Origin: Reclinomonas americana ATCC 50394
Taxonomy: Eukaryota
Assembly: GCA_048213135.1 (NCBI GenBank)
Contig: PS015009.1
Span: forward strand, 1,488,001 to 1,552,000
Reading direction: 5' to 3'
DNA length: 64,000 nucleotides
Part shown: in pieces, positions 21,134 to 31,222 of the stretch
Position numbering within the stretch: position 1 is the stretch's first letter
Layout of the letters: every line of letters starts with the position of its first letter
Translations under genes and position numbers: made by a program
Notes under the pieces: model-generated
Database searches by the model: none
What the model was told of the DNA's origin: nothing
Seen by the model: only the letters and a program-made list of their open reading frames with translations

Positions 21134-23974
21134 ATGTCAGAAGTAAACACACCAAGGTTGATGGCGGCCGCCAAAGAGTTTAACATAGGTAAAGATACCC
21201 TGGTAGACTTTCTTGTGTCCAAAGGTTTCTCCAACGACGACCTCAAGCCCAACTCCAAGCTCACGGAATCCATGTACCGCGTATTGCAGTCGGAATTCCA
21301 GCAGGATAAGGTGGCAAAGGAAAAGGCCGAGAAGGTGGAACTGGTAAAATCAGGCGGCAACACAGAGCCTAAAAAGAAAAAGGATGAGGAAGACCTTTCT
21401 TTCAAAAAGAAAGAAGCAGCCAAACCCAAAGAAGAAAAACCGGCTGAAGAAGAAAAACCACCGGTAGAAGAGAAAAAAGAAGAACAACCGGTACCAGTGG
21501 CTGAAGAGAAAACAGAAAAGGTGACCAAGATCGACGCACCCGAACTGGAAGCGCCGAAAGTGATTGATAAGATCGACCTCGACGCGATCGACTCTTCAAC
21601 ACGACCTAAGAAAACAGCACCGAAAAAGAAAGAAGCGGAAAAAACAGAAGAGGAAGTACCTGCGGTAACAGAAAAAGTAACCACTCCCGTAGTCGTTGCA
21701 GAAAAGAAAGAAGAAGCAGTACCTCCTGTAGCTGAAGAGGTGAAGGAAGAAAAACCCGTTATTGAAAATATCCAGGCGGCCAAACTGACCGGCCCCAAGA
21801 TCATGGGTAAGATTGAACTGCCTGTTGAGAATGATACCCGTCCCAAACGTGATAACGACGAAAAACGCAAGCGCAAGCGCATTCCCATGGAAAGGAAAGG
21901 CGGCACAACGCAGGGCGGAACCGGCGGCAATACACAAGGCGGCCAGGGCCAGCAGGGTAATAATATGCAGGGACGCCGCGGCGGTGGAACACAGCAGGGC
22001 GGCGGCCAGGGCAATAACAGGTTCAATAAAGGTGGCGCTCATCATGGCGGCGGCCGCAGGGAAGAAAAAGTTATCGACGCCAAAGAGATACAGGATAAAC
22101 TCCGTGAAACACAGGCCAAGCTGGCCGGTTCCGGCGGCAGGGGTAAGAGCCTGAAAGCCAAATACCGCAAAGCCAAGCGCGATGAACAGGCGGAACTGGC
22201 AGGCATGGAAGGAGATCGTTCCAACAAACTGCAGGTGACCGAATTCATTTCTGTAAGTGAACTCGCCAACCTGATGGACGTAAGCTTCGCCGATGTGATC
22301 AGTAAATGTATGAGCCTCGGTATCATGGTGTCGATCAACCAGCGCCTTGAAGCCGACGTAATTGAACTCGTAGCCAGCGAATTCAACTATGAAGTGGAAT
22401 TCATAGGTGTGGAAGACGCCGCTGAAATGGATGAGGAAGAAGAAGAAGATAATGAAGAAGACCAGCAGCCCCGTGCGCCGATCGTGACCATCATGGGTCA
22501 CGTTGACCACGGTAAAACGTCGCTGCTCGACTATATACGCAATACCAACGTGATCGCCGGTGAGGCCGGTGGTATCACACAGCACATTGGTGCTTATGAA
22601 GTAACCCTGCCCGACGGAAGGCACATCACCTTCCTGGATACACCTGGTCACGAAGCCTTTACGGCGATGAGGGCCCGTGGTGCCAAGGTTACCGATATCG
22701 CCGTGATTGTGGTAGCTGCCGATGACGCGGTGATGCCACAGACCAAAGAAGCCATCTCGCATGCGCAGGCGGCAAACGTACCCATGATCTTTGCCATCAA
22801 CAAAATGGATAAAGACGGGGCCAATCCTGAAAAGATCAAGGAACAGCTTTCCCTCATGAACATCCTGGTGGAAAGCTGGGGCGGTAAATACCAGAGCCAG
22901 GAGATCAGTGCCAAAAAAGGACTGAATATCGACCTGCTGCTGGAAAAGATCCTGCTCGAAACGGATATTCTTGAGCTGAAAGCCAACCCAAACAAGGCAG
23001 CCAGTGGCACCATCATTGAGGCCACCCTCGATAAAGGACGTGGTTATGTAGCCACCATCCTGGTGCAGAATGGTACCCTCAACCAGGGCGATATGATCGT
23101 ATCGGGACAGTATTTCGGTAAGGTGAAAGCGATGTACAACGAACGCAACCAGCGTATCGAAACAGCGCCGCCATCCACACCGGTACTTATCCTGGGCCTT
23201 AACGGAGCACCGCAGGCGGGTGAAACCTTCAAGGTTTATTCCGATGAGGCCGAAGCCAGGGAAACAGCGTACAAGCGCGGACAGATCCTGCGTGAACAGG
23301 GTATGCGTGCCCGTAAGCACATCACGCTGGATGAGATCGGCCGTCGTCTGGCACTGGGTAACTTCAAGGAACTGAACGTGATCATTAAAGGTGATGTGGA
23401 CGGTTCCGTGGAAGCATTGAGTGACAGCTTGCAGAAACTGAGTACCGAAGAGATCGTGGTAAGGGTGATCCACAAAGCGGTGGGCGCCATTACCGAAAGT
23501 GATGTTACGCTGGCCAATGCGTCAGACGCCATCATCATCGGCTTTAACGTACGTCCTTCCCTTCAGGCAGCCAGGCTCGCCGAACAGGAAGCCATCCAGA
23601 TCAAAATGTACTCCATCATCTACAACGCCATTGAAGAGATCAAGAGCGCTATGGAAGGTATGCTGGAGCCCACGGTGGAAGAGAAAATACTCTCTAACGT
23701 GGAAATCCGCGAAGTATACAAATTCGATAAGGCCAGCGTGGCCGGTTGCTTTGTACTGGAAGGTAAAATGGCCAGGAACAACCGCATCCGCCTCATTCGC
23801 GATGGCATCGTGATCTTCACCGGGGAACTCGGCAGCCTGAAACGTTTCAAGGACGATGCCAAGGAAGTGACCTCGGGTATGGAGTGCGGCCTTACCATCA
23901 GGAATTATAACGATATCAAGATCGGCGACATCGTGGAAGCCTTTGAAGAGGTGGAAGTGAAGCGCACACTGTAA
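21134..23974 (+). CDS. infB: Translation initiation factor IF-2
   Basis: [24 protein letters not shown] GTPase motifs. Confidence 0.98.
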   Translation: MSEVNTPRLMAAAKEFNIGKDTLVDFLVSKGFSNDDLKPNSKLTESMYRVLQSEFQQDKVAKEKAEKVELVKSGGNTEPKKKKDEEDLSFKKKEAAKPKEEKPAEEEKPPVEEKKEEQPVPVAEEKTEKVTKIDAPELEAPKVIDKIDLDAIDSSTRPKKTAPKKKEAEKTEEEVPAVTEKVTTPVVVAEKKEEAVPPVAEEVKEEKPVIENIQAAKLTGPKIMGKIELPVENDTRPKRDNDEKRKRKRIPMERKGGTTQGGTGGNTQGGQGQQGNNMQGRRGGGTQQGGGQGNNRFNKGGAHHGGGRREEKVIDAKEIQDKLRETQAKLAGSGGRGKSLKAKYRKAKRDEQAELAGMEGDRSNKLQVTEFISVSELANLMDVSFADVISKCMSLGIMVSINQRLEADVIELVASEFNYEVEFIGVEDAAEMDEEEEEDNEEDQQPRAPIVTIMGHVDHGKTSLLDYIRNTNVIAGEAGGITQHIGAYEVTLPDGRHITFLDTPGHEAFTAMRARGAKVTDIAVIVVAADDAVMPQTKEAISHAQAANVPMIFAINKMDKDGANPEKIKEQLSLMNILVESWGGKYQSQEISAKKGLNIDLLLEKILLETDILELKANPNKAASGTIIEATLDKGRGYVATILVQNGTLNQGDMIVSGQYFGKVKAMYNERNQRIETAPPSTPVLILGLNGAPQAGETFKVYSDEAEARETAYKRGQILREQGMRARKHITLDEIGRRLALGNFKELNVIIKGDVDGSVEALSDSLQKLSTEEIVVRVIHKAVGAITESDVTLANASDAIIIGFNVRPSLQAARLAEQEAIQIKMYSIIYNAIEEIKSAMEGMLEPTVEEKILSNVEIREVYKFDKASVAGCFVLEGKMARNNRIRLIRDGIVIFTGELGSLKRFKDDAKEVTSGMECGLTIRNYNDIKIGDIVEAFEEVEVKRTL

Positions 23975-24063
23975 TACAGCGGTCTAATCTTTTGTTAAAT
24001 ACAAACCGGTAAAGTGCTATTCAACAGATAGCGCTTTATTTTTGAAGATAGTATCATACTTAT

Positions 24064-25443
24064 ATGAAGAAAATTATACTGATCGCGGCTGTTCTCTGTT
24101 CTGCCCTCGCCGGGGTGGCACAGGATTCCCATACCAAAAAAGTGGTGGCCGATAAGATCGCCGCTATTGTGGGCGACAAAGTCATCCTGAAAAGCGATAT
24201 CGACAACAGCATCATCGATATGCAGCGCCAGGGAATGGAAATACCCGACAACGCCAGGTGCCTTACCCTCGAACAGGCCATGGGCATTAAAGCCCTGGTA
24301 CTGCAGGCCGAGAAAGACTCCCTGCCCGTTACCGACGAAGAAGTGGAAACAGACATCGACAACCGTATCCGTGCCTTCATTGGCCAGTATGGAAGTAAGG
24401 ATGAACTGGAAAGGATCGCGGGAAAAACCGTGTACCAATTGAAAGAAGACTTTCGTGAACCCATCCGCGACCAGATGATGGCCAGGGCCATGAGAGGTAA
24501 AGTGGTGGAAAATGTACGCATCACTCCCAATGAAGTGAGGGATTACTTCGAAAAAATACCGAAAGACAGCTTGTTGCTCTATGAAAGTGAGGTGGAGGTG
24601 AGCCAGATCGTCATATTCCCCAAAGCCAGCCGGGATGCGGAAGAATACGTGATAGAACAGCTGAAAGGATACAAGGAACTTATTGAAAGCGGCAAACGTG
24701 ATTTCAAAACAGTTGCCACCATGTACACACAGGACCCGGGCAGTAAAGAGTCGGGCGGTTTGTATGATATCAACAGGAACTCCAAGGAACTCGATCCTAC
24801 CTGGCTTTCCAAAGCATTTTCACTGAAGCCCGGGCAAATATCAGCCCCGTTCAAAACAAGGTTTGGTTATCATATCATCCAGCAGATCAGCCGCGCCGGT
24901 GACGACGCCAGCGTAAGGCATATCCTCCTGATACCGCAGGTGACTTCTTACGAAATGAAAGAAACCAACGATAAGCTGGATTCGATAAGGGCCCTCCTGA
25001 TCGCCGGTACCATGGGTTTTGGCGAAGCGGTAAACAGGTACAGTAATGATGACGCCAGTAAATTCAGCGCCGGACAAATCATGGGCCGCGATGGAAGTAC
25101 TTATGTGACCATCGACCAGCTGGATAAGGACATGGTAGCCATGCTGAAAGACCTGAAAGTGGGCCAGTATTCAAAACCTACCGAATACACCGATGAAAGG
25201 GGCCGTAAAGGTATCCGCGTGGTGTACCTGAAAACTGTAACCGAACCACACCGGGAAAACCTGAAAGACGATTACAACCGTATCGCTCAACGGGCGCTGG
25301 AAGAAAAAAAGAACGATGCACTGGAAACCTGGTTCATGAAAAGGGTATCCAGCTATTATATCAGGATTGACGACGAATTTAAATCCTGCCCGGAAATGGG
25401 GAAATGGGTATCCGCTTCGGCAGCTACCGCAGGTAAAAACTAA
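24064..25443 (+). CDS. surA: SurA-like periplasmic peptidyl-prolyl isomerase
   Basis: Signal peptide, DKIAAIVG, parvulin motifs (PFKTRFGYHIIQ, VRHILL). Confidence 0.85.
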   Translation: MKKIILIAAVLCSALAGVAQDSHTKKVVADKIAAIVGDKVILKSDIDNSIIDMQRQGMEIPDNARCLTLEQAMGIKALVLQAEKDSLPVTDEEVETDIDNRIRAFIGQYGSKDELERIAGKTVYQLKEDFREPIRDQMMARAMRGKVVENVRITPNEVRDYFEKIPKDSLLLYESEVEVSQIVIFPKASRDAEEYVIEQLKGYKELIESGKRDFKTVATMYTQDPGSKESGGLYDINRNSKELDPTWLSKAFSLKPGQISAPFKTRFGYHIIQQISRAGDDASVRHILLIPQVTSYEMKETNDKLDSIRALLIAGTMGFGEAVNRYSNDDASKFSAGQIMGRDGSTYVTIDQLDKDMVAMLKDLKVGQYSKPTEYTDERGRKGIRVVYLKTVTEPHRENLKDDYNRIAQRALEEKKNDALETWFMKRVSSYYIRIDDEFKSCPEMGKWVSASAATAGKN

Positions 25444-25545
25444 ACAAACAGCATTCATCGCATAAAAACGTTCCGGCAGCAAACCGGAACGTTTTATTTT
25501 TGCAGTGCGGTGCAAAGTGTATTGCATTATTAAACAAGGAATATT

Positions 25546-26739
25546 TTGATAGAAAAAAAACAAAAGATCAGCGGCCAGGAGAATGCCATACTGGTGGGGC
25601 TGGTGCATAAAGAACAAACAGAGCAGCAGGTAAACGAATACCTGGACGAGCTGGCTTTCCTGGCCGAGACGGCGGGCGCTCATGCCGTAAAGCGATTTAC
25701 GCAGAAACTGCCCCACCCCGATTCGAAAACCTTTGTAGGTAAGGGTAAACTGGAAGAGATCAAACACTTTATTTTCCTGAAAGGGGACATCAACATGGTG
25801 ATTTTTGATGATGAACTCACTGGTTCGCAGATACAGAACATTGAAAAGGAATTGAATGTAAAAACGATTGACCGAAGCGACCTCATCCTCGACATTTTCG
25901 CCAGCCGGGCCAAAACGGCGCAGGCCAAAACACAGGTGGAACTGGCCCAGTACCAGTATATCCTGCCCCGCCTGCGGGGTATGTGGAAGCACCTGGAAAG
26001 ACAGGGTGGTGGCGTAGGAACCAGGGGCCCCGGTGAAACGGAGATTGAAACGGACCGTCGTATTGTAAAGGATAAGATCAGCCTCTTACGCAAACGCCTG
26101 GCCGAAATAGATAAACAGGCGTTTACACAGCGGAAAGACAGGGGCGAGTTCATCCGCGTAGCGCTCGTAGGCTACACGAACGTGGGCAAATCCACGCTGA
26201 TGAACCTGCTGAGCAAAAGCGATGTGTTTGCAGAGAATAAATTATTCGCGACGCTGGATACCACCACCCGCAAGATCGTGTTAGGGCAGACGCCGTTTCT
26301 GCTGAGCGATACGGTTGGTTTCATCCGTAAGCTGCCGCATCACCTGGTGGAAAGTTTTAAAAGCACACTGGATGAAGTGCGGGAAGCTGATGTACTGTTG
26401 CATGTGGTTGACATCTCCCACCCGCAGTATGAAGACCAGCTCAACGTAGTCAACAAAACACTTGCAGAACTGGGAGCTGCGGAAAAACCCATGATCACCA
26501 TTTTCAACAAAATGGACAAATACGAAACAGAGGCTTTTGACCAGTGGCTGGAACCCGAAGTGAAGGCGGATATCATGAGCGAACTGAAACAACGCTGGCA
26601 GCATGAAACGCAGGGGCACTGTGTTTTTATCTCCGCCACGGAAAGACAGAATATTGAAGCCCTCCGGCAAACCATACTCAATGAAGTAAGGGAAATGTAC
26701 AGGGTAAGGTACCCGTATAAAGCGGAGTTTTTTTATTAA
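25546..26739 (+). CDS. hflX: GTPase HflX
   Basis: GPGETEIETDRR, GYTNVGKST, LFATLD, DTVGFI, NKMD; TTG start. Confidence 0.97.
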   Translation: MIEKKQKISGQENAILVGLVHKEQTEQQVNEYLDELAFLAETAGAHAVKRFTQKLPHPDSKTFVGKGKLEEIKHFIFLKGDINMVIFDDELTGSQIQNIEKELNVKTIDRSDLILDIFASRAKTAQAKTQVELAQYQYILPRLRGMWKHLERQGGGVGTRGPGETEIETDRRIVKDKISLLRKRLAEIDKQAFTQRKDRGEFIRVALVGYTNVGKSTLMNLLSKSDVFAENKLFATLDTTTRKIVLGQTPFLLSDTVGFIRKLPHHLVESFKSTLDEVREADVLLHVVDISHPQYEDQLNVVNKTLAELGAAEKPMITIFNKMDKYETEAFDQWLEPEVKADIMSELKQRWQHETQGHCVFISATERQNIEALRQTILNEVREMYRVRYPYKAEFFY

Positions 26740-26824
26740 GTAAAAAAGTAAAACAAACCTATCAAAAGGAAATTCAAATACACCCGACCTGGTTTTTATT
26801 TTTGAATTTTTATTTCCCCTTATC

Positions 26825-27175
26825 ATGCCTTCCAAAGAATACACCTGGTACAAAATTGCCGATCATGCTGCTGAGTTGCGGCTGGGCCCTAACGGTATGG
26901 CCGAAACGGAAGCCGGGGGTAAGCAGGTATGTATTGTAAAGGCGGGTGATGAATGGCGGGCCTGCGCCCGGAAATGCCCCCATGCCGGGGGTACCATGTC
27001 TGAGGGCTACCTGGACGCCCTGGGACATATTGTCTGCCCCCTGCACCGGTACAAATTCGACCTCCGCAATGGCCGGAATACCAGCGGGGAGGGCTATTTT
27101 CTGAAGACTTACCCTGTGGAGGAGCGGGAAGACGGCATCTACATCGGCATAGCCCGGGAAAGCTTGTTTTTCTGA
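26825..27175 (+). CDS. Rieske [2Fe-2S] ferredoxin
   Basis: CPH...CPLH Rieske ligands. Confidence 0.9.
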   Translation: MPSKEYTWYKIADHAAELRLGPNGMAETEAGGKQVCIVKAGDEWRACARKCPHAGGTMSEGYLDALGHIVCPLHRYKFDLRNGRNTSGEGYFLKTYPVEEREDGIYIGIARESLFF

Positions 27176-27246
27176 CTGAAATAGTTGCCTTTATTTTTTT
27201 TACAGAACCCAAAATCCCCTATTTTTGCAACCCCGTTATGGGAAAT

Positions 27247-27323
27247 TCCTCCTTAGCTCAGTTGGTTAGAGCATCTGACTGTTAATCAGAGGGTCGCTGG
27301 TTCAAGTCCAGCAGGGGGAGCCA
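27247..27323 (+). tRNA. tRNA-Asn (anticodon GTT), CCA encoded
   Basis: Acceptor TCCTCCT/AGGGGGA, D-arm AGCTCAGTTGGTTAGAGC, anticodon arm TCTGA-CTGTTAA-TCAGA, T-arm GCTGG-TTCAAGT-CCAGC. Confidence 0.97.
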
Positions 27324-27324
27324 A

Positions 27325-27365
27325 ATAGGACTTTTCAAGGAAATCTTGTGAAGTCCTATTTTTAT
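27325..27365 (+). terminator. tRNA terminator
   Basis: AATAGGACTT...AAGTCCTATT plus T-run. Confidence 0.75.
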
Positions 27366-27494
27366 TTCGGGTATAGGCTTCTGAGATAGAACTTGTTATC
27401 GCCAAAAATGCATTCGTTCTTCTGGTTAGATATCTGTCTGTCAAGGGAGCTGAAAATCAAGGGTTTCTGGCGATGAGTTGGAAACCCTTTTTTA

Positions 27495-27516
27495 TTTGCA
27501 CGCAGTTTGCACGCAA
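27495..27516 (+). repeat. Tandem TTTGCACGCA repeat, possible integrase arm-type site
   Basis: TTTGCACGCAG TTTGCACGCAA after a hairpin and a tRNA-like fragment. Confidence 0.4.
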
Positions 27517-27600
27517 AAAATCAAAGCCTGATTTCGAATATGATAAAATACTTGTTTATCATATTTTGTAATGTGAGAGAAATAGAATTGAACGTAGTAG

Positions 27601-28935
27601 TTAAAAATAAATATTTGTATTGGGTAAACTACGTTTTAAATCTTCTACATCCTCTCTTCTAATTTTGGAGCATCCTTGCAGATATAACTCTTTAAGTTTC
27701 GTCAAAGATTTTAAAGCACCTAGATTTTCGACGTTGGCGCAACGTGTAAGTGCTAGGAATTCTAAATTTTTTAAATCTTTCAGCGGTTCAATATTAGTTA
27801 GATAGCCACATTCTCCTAAGTTCAATTCTTTTAGTTCAGTTAGGCCCTTTAAACCACGTATATCATTTAAAAAATAGCAGCTATTAAGATTTAAGAACCA
27901 CAGGTGCTTAAGTCCTGCGAGGCCATCTACATTTTTGAGACTTACACAGCGATGTGCATCCAATTGTTCTAATTTGGTGCATTGGTTCAACCCGTCAAGT
28001 GACACCAATTTTGAAACAGATACTGTCAATACCCTAAGTTTATTCAATCTTGTAAGAGCGTCGACATTATACAGGCAATTACACCCCTCCAGATCAAGCA
28101 TTTGCAGATTGGGAAGGTTCTGCAAACCATCTAGATTCCGAAGATTAAATGCTGATTTCATACTAAAAGCCTCCAAAGAGGTTAAAGCCCTCACAGCATC
28201 GATATTTTCCAGTGCGAAACATCCGTCAAGGTTCAGGCCTGTGAGATTTTTCAATTGGCTTATAGCCCTGATATCCGTCAGATGAAAGCTGTTCTTGATT
28301 TTTATTGTTGTTAATGAAGTAACCTTGTTTAAATCACCCAAAGTACTGAGACCCCATTGTCCGCGTTGTTCGAAGGTAGAACGAGGACGTGGATTAAAAG
28401 TGACTAGTAATGCGTCTGGTTGAAGAGTGACGAAATCAGGTAACAAAGCACGAAAGATGCTATCATCTAGTGTTGTAGCAGGGTCGATGATTATCGCCTT
28501 GTCTCTTTCGTTCCAACTAAGACCAAATTCCTCTATATGAGATATTGCAGCTTGCTTCTCTATTAGTTTTTTGTTGGCTGGATTATGAAAGAATTTGTAT
28601 TCATTGATTGGTTTTGGATAGTCAAACAAGGTCGAACTGGTAAGTACAAGACAGAACATCACAAACACAAATAATACTGTATAAGCCATAATCCAGCCGG
28701 CAATTTCCAAGGGTCTTTTACGTGATTTGGTCATCACCGAAAAAATATATAAAAGTATCATTAGCCCAAGCATAGTAAGCACGCTCAACAGTGGGATGTG
28801 GTAATTTTCAATTTTAAGCTGCTTCAGTATAGCGATAGCTGCTCCGAGACCCGCTATTCCAAGTGCATACTTCACTACTGGTACGCTTTTGATAGCTTCT
28901 TTTAGAATTGGGAAAGGGGGTTTAAATTCCATCAA
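27601..28935 (-). CDS. Membrane-anchored leucine-rich repeat protein
   Basis: Three N-terminal hydrophobic helices, then about ten LxxLxxLxLxxCxxL repeats. Confidence 0.85.
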   Translation of the reverse strand: MMEFKPPFPILKEAIKSVPVVKYALGIAGLGAAIAILKQLKIENYHIPLLSVLTMLGLMILLYIFSVMTKSRKRPLEIAGWIMAYTVLFVFVMFCLVLTSSTLFDYPKPINEYKFFHNPANKKLIEKQAAISHIEEFGLSWNERDKAIIIDPATTLDDSIFRALLPDFVTLQPDALLVTFNPRPRSTFEQRGQWGLSTLGDLNKVTSLTTIKIKNSFHLTDIRAISQLKNLTGLNLDGCFALENIDAVRALTSLEAFSMKSAFNLRNLDGLQNLPNLQMLDLEGCNCLYNVDALTRLNKLRVLTVSVSKLVSLDGLNQCTKLEQLDAHRCVSLKNVDGLAGLKHLWFLNLNSCYFLNDIRGLKGLTELKELNLGECGYLTNIEPLKDLKNLEFLALTRCANVENLGALKSLTKLKELYLQGCSKIRREDVEDLKRSLPNTNIYF

Positions 28936-29149
28936 TGTCGTTTAATATTAAAAATAATACTAAATCACAATTGTAGCTGAATTTTTTATATATAAGTCTG
29001 GGTTAGAGCGCATAATTTATTACAGCTCATTTCAGCAATAGCGCACTAACTGGGTGTAAAGAAATGTTTGTTAGCTAAATTTTCCTTACTGATTTACTAT
29101 AATGATATTTATAATAAAATAAGCTCATTTAAATTCAATAAGTCCTCAA

Positions 29150-29310
29150 GCAATAGGTTAGATAATCGTCCATTAAGGGGAGCGAAAAAAATGAATGGCC
29201 TGCAAATCTGCAGGCCATTTTGTTTTGATAAGATAAGCTCAGTTGGTTATAGCATCCTGACCTATTGGCCGGGAGGGTCGCTGGTTCAAGCCTGGCAGGG
29301 GGAGCTGAAA
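29150..29310 (+). repeat. About 160-bp degenerate repeat, copy 1 (copy 2 at about 34160-34320)
   Basis: Shared GGYTAGATAATCGTCC, GGYCTGCA-loop-TGCAGGCC hairpin, TTTTGTTTTGATAA and CATCCTGA. Confidence 0.75.
29236..29305 (+). pseudogene. Degenerate tRNA-Asn copy
   Basis: AGCTCAGTTGGTTATAGCATC...GGGTCGCTGGTTCAAG...GCAGGGGGAGC; 5' acceptor strand lost, anticodon arm replaced. Confidence 0.85.
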
Positions 29311-29529
29311 AAAGGGGATACTTTAATAGTATGACCCTTTGTAATTGCTGACAATACCTGCAACTATTATACGTTTCCCATTTTAAAAACCTTATAATCC
29401 CCCACACTTATGATACTCCCATAATGAAGGCGCATTTTGTATCTGAAATCCCCAAATTTCAAAAGATAATCGAAAAAATCCTCTTTTTTAGTGATTGTAC
29501 ATAGTGTAAACCATATTCATCTTTGTACC

Positions 29530-30804
29530 ATGAAAAAAATATTCCTTGTTCTATTATCTGCAACGACAATCTTTACATCCTGCAAAAAAGACAAAACAGA
29601 TGTAACGCCACCTGTTGTATTGCCCACACTTACTACCACAATAGCTTCTTCCTTATCAACTACAGGAGCGAGTTCGGGGGGCAATATCAGTTCTGAAGGA
29701 TCAGCCACGGTTACCGCAAGAGGCGTGGTTTGGGACATCGCGGCCAATCCTACAGTAGCACTGGCTACTAAAACCATTAATGGGGCAGGGAGCGGTTCAT
29801 TCAGTTCTGTTATTACGGGTTTGGCGGCCAATACCACTTATCATGCACGGGCCTACGCCACCAGCAGCGCGGGAACGGCATACGGTAACGATATAACATT
29901 TACTACAACAGCCGCTAAACTATATGTCTGCGGAACAGAATGGACAACAGCTTTAGGTATGCAGCAGGCAAGGGTTTGGGTAGATGGAACACCAACGATA
30001 TTAAGTGGAAGTATAGAATCATTTGCAACCGGAATGGCAGTAACCAATGCCGGTGATATTTATGTGTCAGGCTCTTCAAAAGTTACACAGTGGAGGGCTA
30101 CCTATTGGAAAAACGGAACTGCCAATTATCTTACGGATGGCACCCGTGAGGCGGGGCTCGGCTCAGTTTTTATAAGTGGCAGCGATGTGTATGTCTGTGG
30201 TGGAGAAAGAAATGCTGCAGGTGTATTTACTGCCAAATACTGGAAAAACGGAACCGAAACAGTACTTGGCAATGGAACGACTGAGTCTGTGGCAAATTCC
30301 ATAGCTATATCTGGTACTGATGTATATGTAGTAGGTTACGAAACAAACGCTGTTGGAAATAAGATACCCAAATACTGGAAAAACGGAACAGCTATTGCCA
30401 TCACCACTACCCCTGGTGTTGCCAATTCCGTCCTTGTTTCGGGCAGCGATGTGTATATAGCAGGAACCGATAACAGTAGTATTGTCGGGCTTTATTGGAA
30501 AAACTCAACCCCGGTAAGCATTCCTGACTGCTCTCTGGCATTCAACAGCTTTCTATCAGGTACTGATTTATATATAGCTGGAACAGATAATAGCGACAAA
30601 CCTGCTTACTGGAAAAACGGAACGAAAACTTCTTTAAGTACTTCTCATGGTGATGGTCTTTCTATCTATGTTTTAGGTCCGGATGTATTTGTAGCTGGCA
30701 CAGGAGCTGACCAAAAATGTAAGTTTTGGAAGAACGGAGTAGAAAATATCCTGTCCACAAGTACCGACTTTCACAACAAAACAACCTGTATCATTTATAA
30801 ATAA
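29530..30804 (+). CDS. Lipoprotein with FN3-like domain and YWKNG-repeat beta-propeller
   Basis: Lipobox FTSC; TYHARAYATSSAGTAYG; repeated DVYV.G...YWKNG. Confidence 0.75.
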   Translation: MKKIFLVLLSATTIFTSCKKDKTDVTPPVVLPTLTTTIASSLSTTGASSGGNISSEGSATVTARGVVWDIAANPTVALATKTINGAGSGSFSSVITGLAANTTYHARAYATSSAGTAYGNDITFTTTAAKLYVCGTEWTTALGMQQARVWVDGTPTILSGSIESFATGMAVTNAGDIYVSGSSKVTQWRATYWKNGTANYLTDGTREAGLGSVFISGSDVYVCGGERNAAGVFTAKYWKNGTETVLGNGTTESVANSIAISGTDVYVVGYETNAVGNKIPKYWKNGTAIAITTTPGVANSVLVSGSDVYIAGTDNSSIVGLYWKNSTPVSIPDCSLAFNSFLSGTDLYIAGTDNSDKPAYWKNGTKTSLSTSHGDGLSIYVLGPDVFVAGTGADQKCKFWKNGVENILSTSTDFHNKTTCIIYK

Positions 30805-31060
30805 TCACAAGCAAAGATTGCGCTTCTATAAAATGGAAAAATTTTATCGAAACCTGCTTATTTCGATTTTCTTGCCATACCCTGTAATGAGTATCATTGC
30901 CAGGCCAATTGTTCAGGTTCGGAATAAACGGGTTTGATCTTGCTAAATTTCTCGTCCACCTGATTTCCAGGCAATTGCAATTTTAATCAATTTATAATAA
31001 CTGCATCTTTCGTCAATAAGGATAGCGAAACGGTCAACAGAAATGTTGGCCTTTTTTATT

Positions 31061-31111
31061 TCCTTTAGCTCAGTTGGTTAGAGTCCCGCATATGCGGGAT
31101 TAATCAAAGGG
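31061..31111 (+). pseudogene. tRNA-Asn 5' fragment interrupted by a palindrome
   Basis: TCCTTTAGCTCAGTTGGTTAGAG + TCCCGCATATGCGGGA + TTAATCAAAGGG, following a terminator at about 31032-31060. Confidence 0.75.
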
Positions 31112-31222
31112 GCTCCTTTTATAAATATCTCAATGATCATGCAACATATATCATATTGCCTTGTCCCTATAATTCAGTTAGTATAGCAATTTTAGTATAG
31201 CCATTAAACCACTGAATTAAAA

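Noticed and set aside
21890-22060. Gly/Gln-rich repeats in IF-2
   Set aside because: Normal low-complexity N-terminal region of bacterial IF-2.
21596-23473. 625-aa ORF (and a 301-aa ORF at 21121-22026) antisense to infB
   Set aside because: Shadow frames of a highly codon-biased core gene; no recognisable motifs. The same applies to the many short overlapping ORFs in the track.
29236-29305. Second functional tRNA
   Set aside because: 5' acceptor strand missing, anticodon arm non-canonical, no CCA; treated as a remnant.
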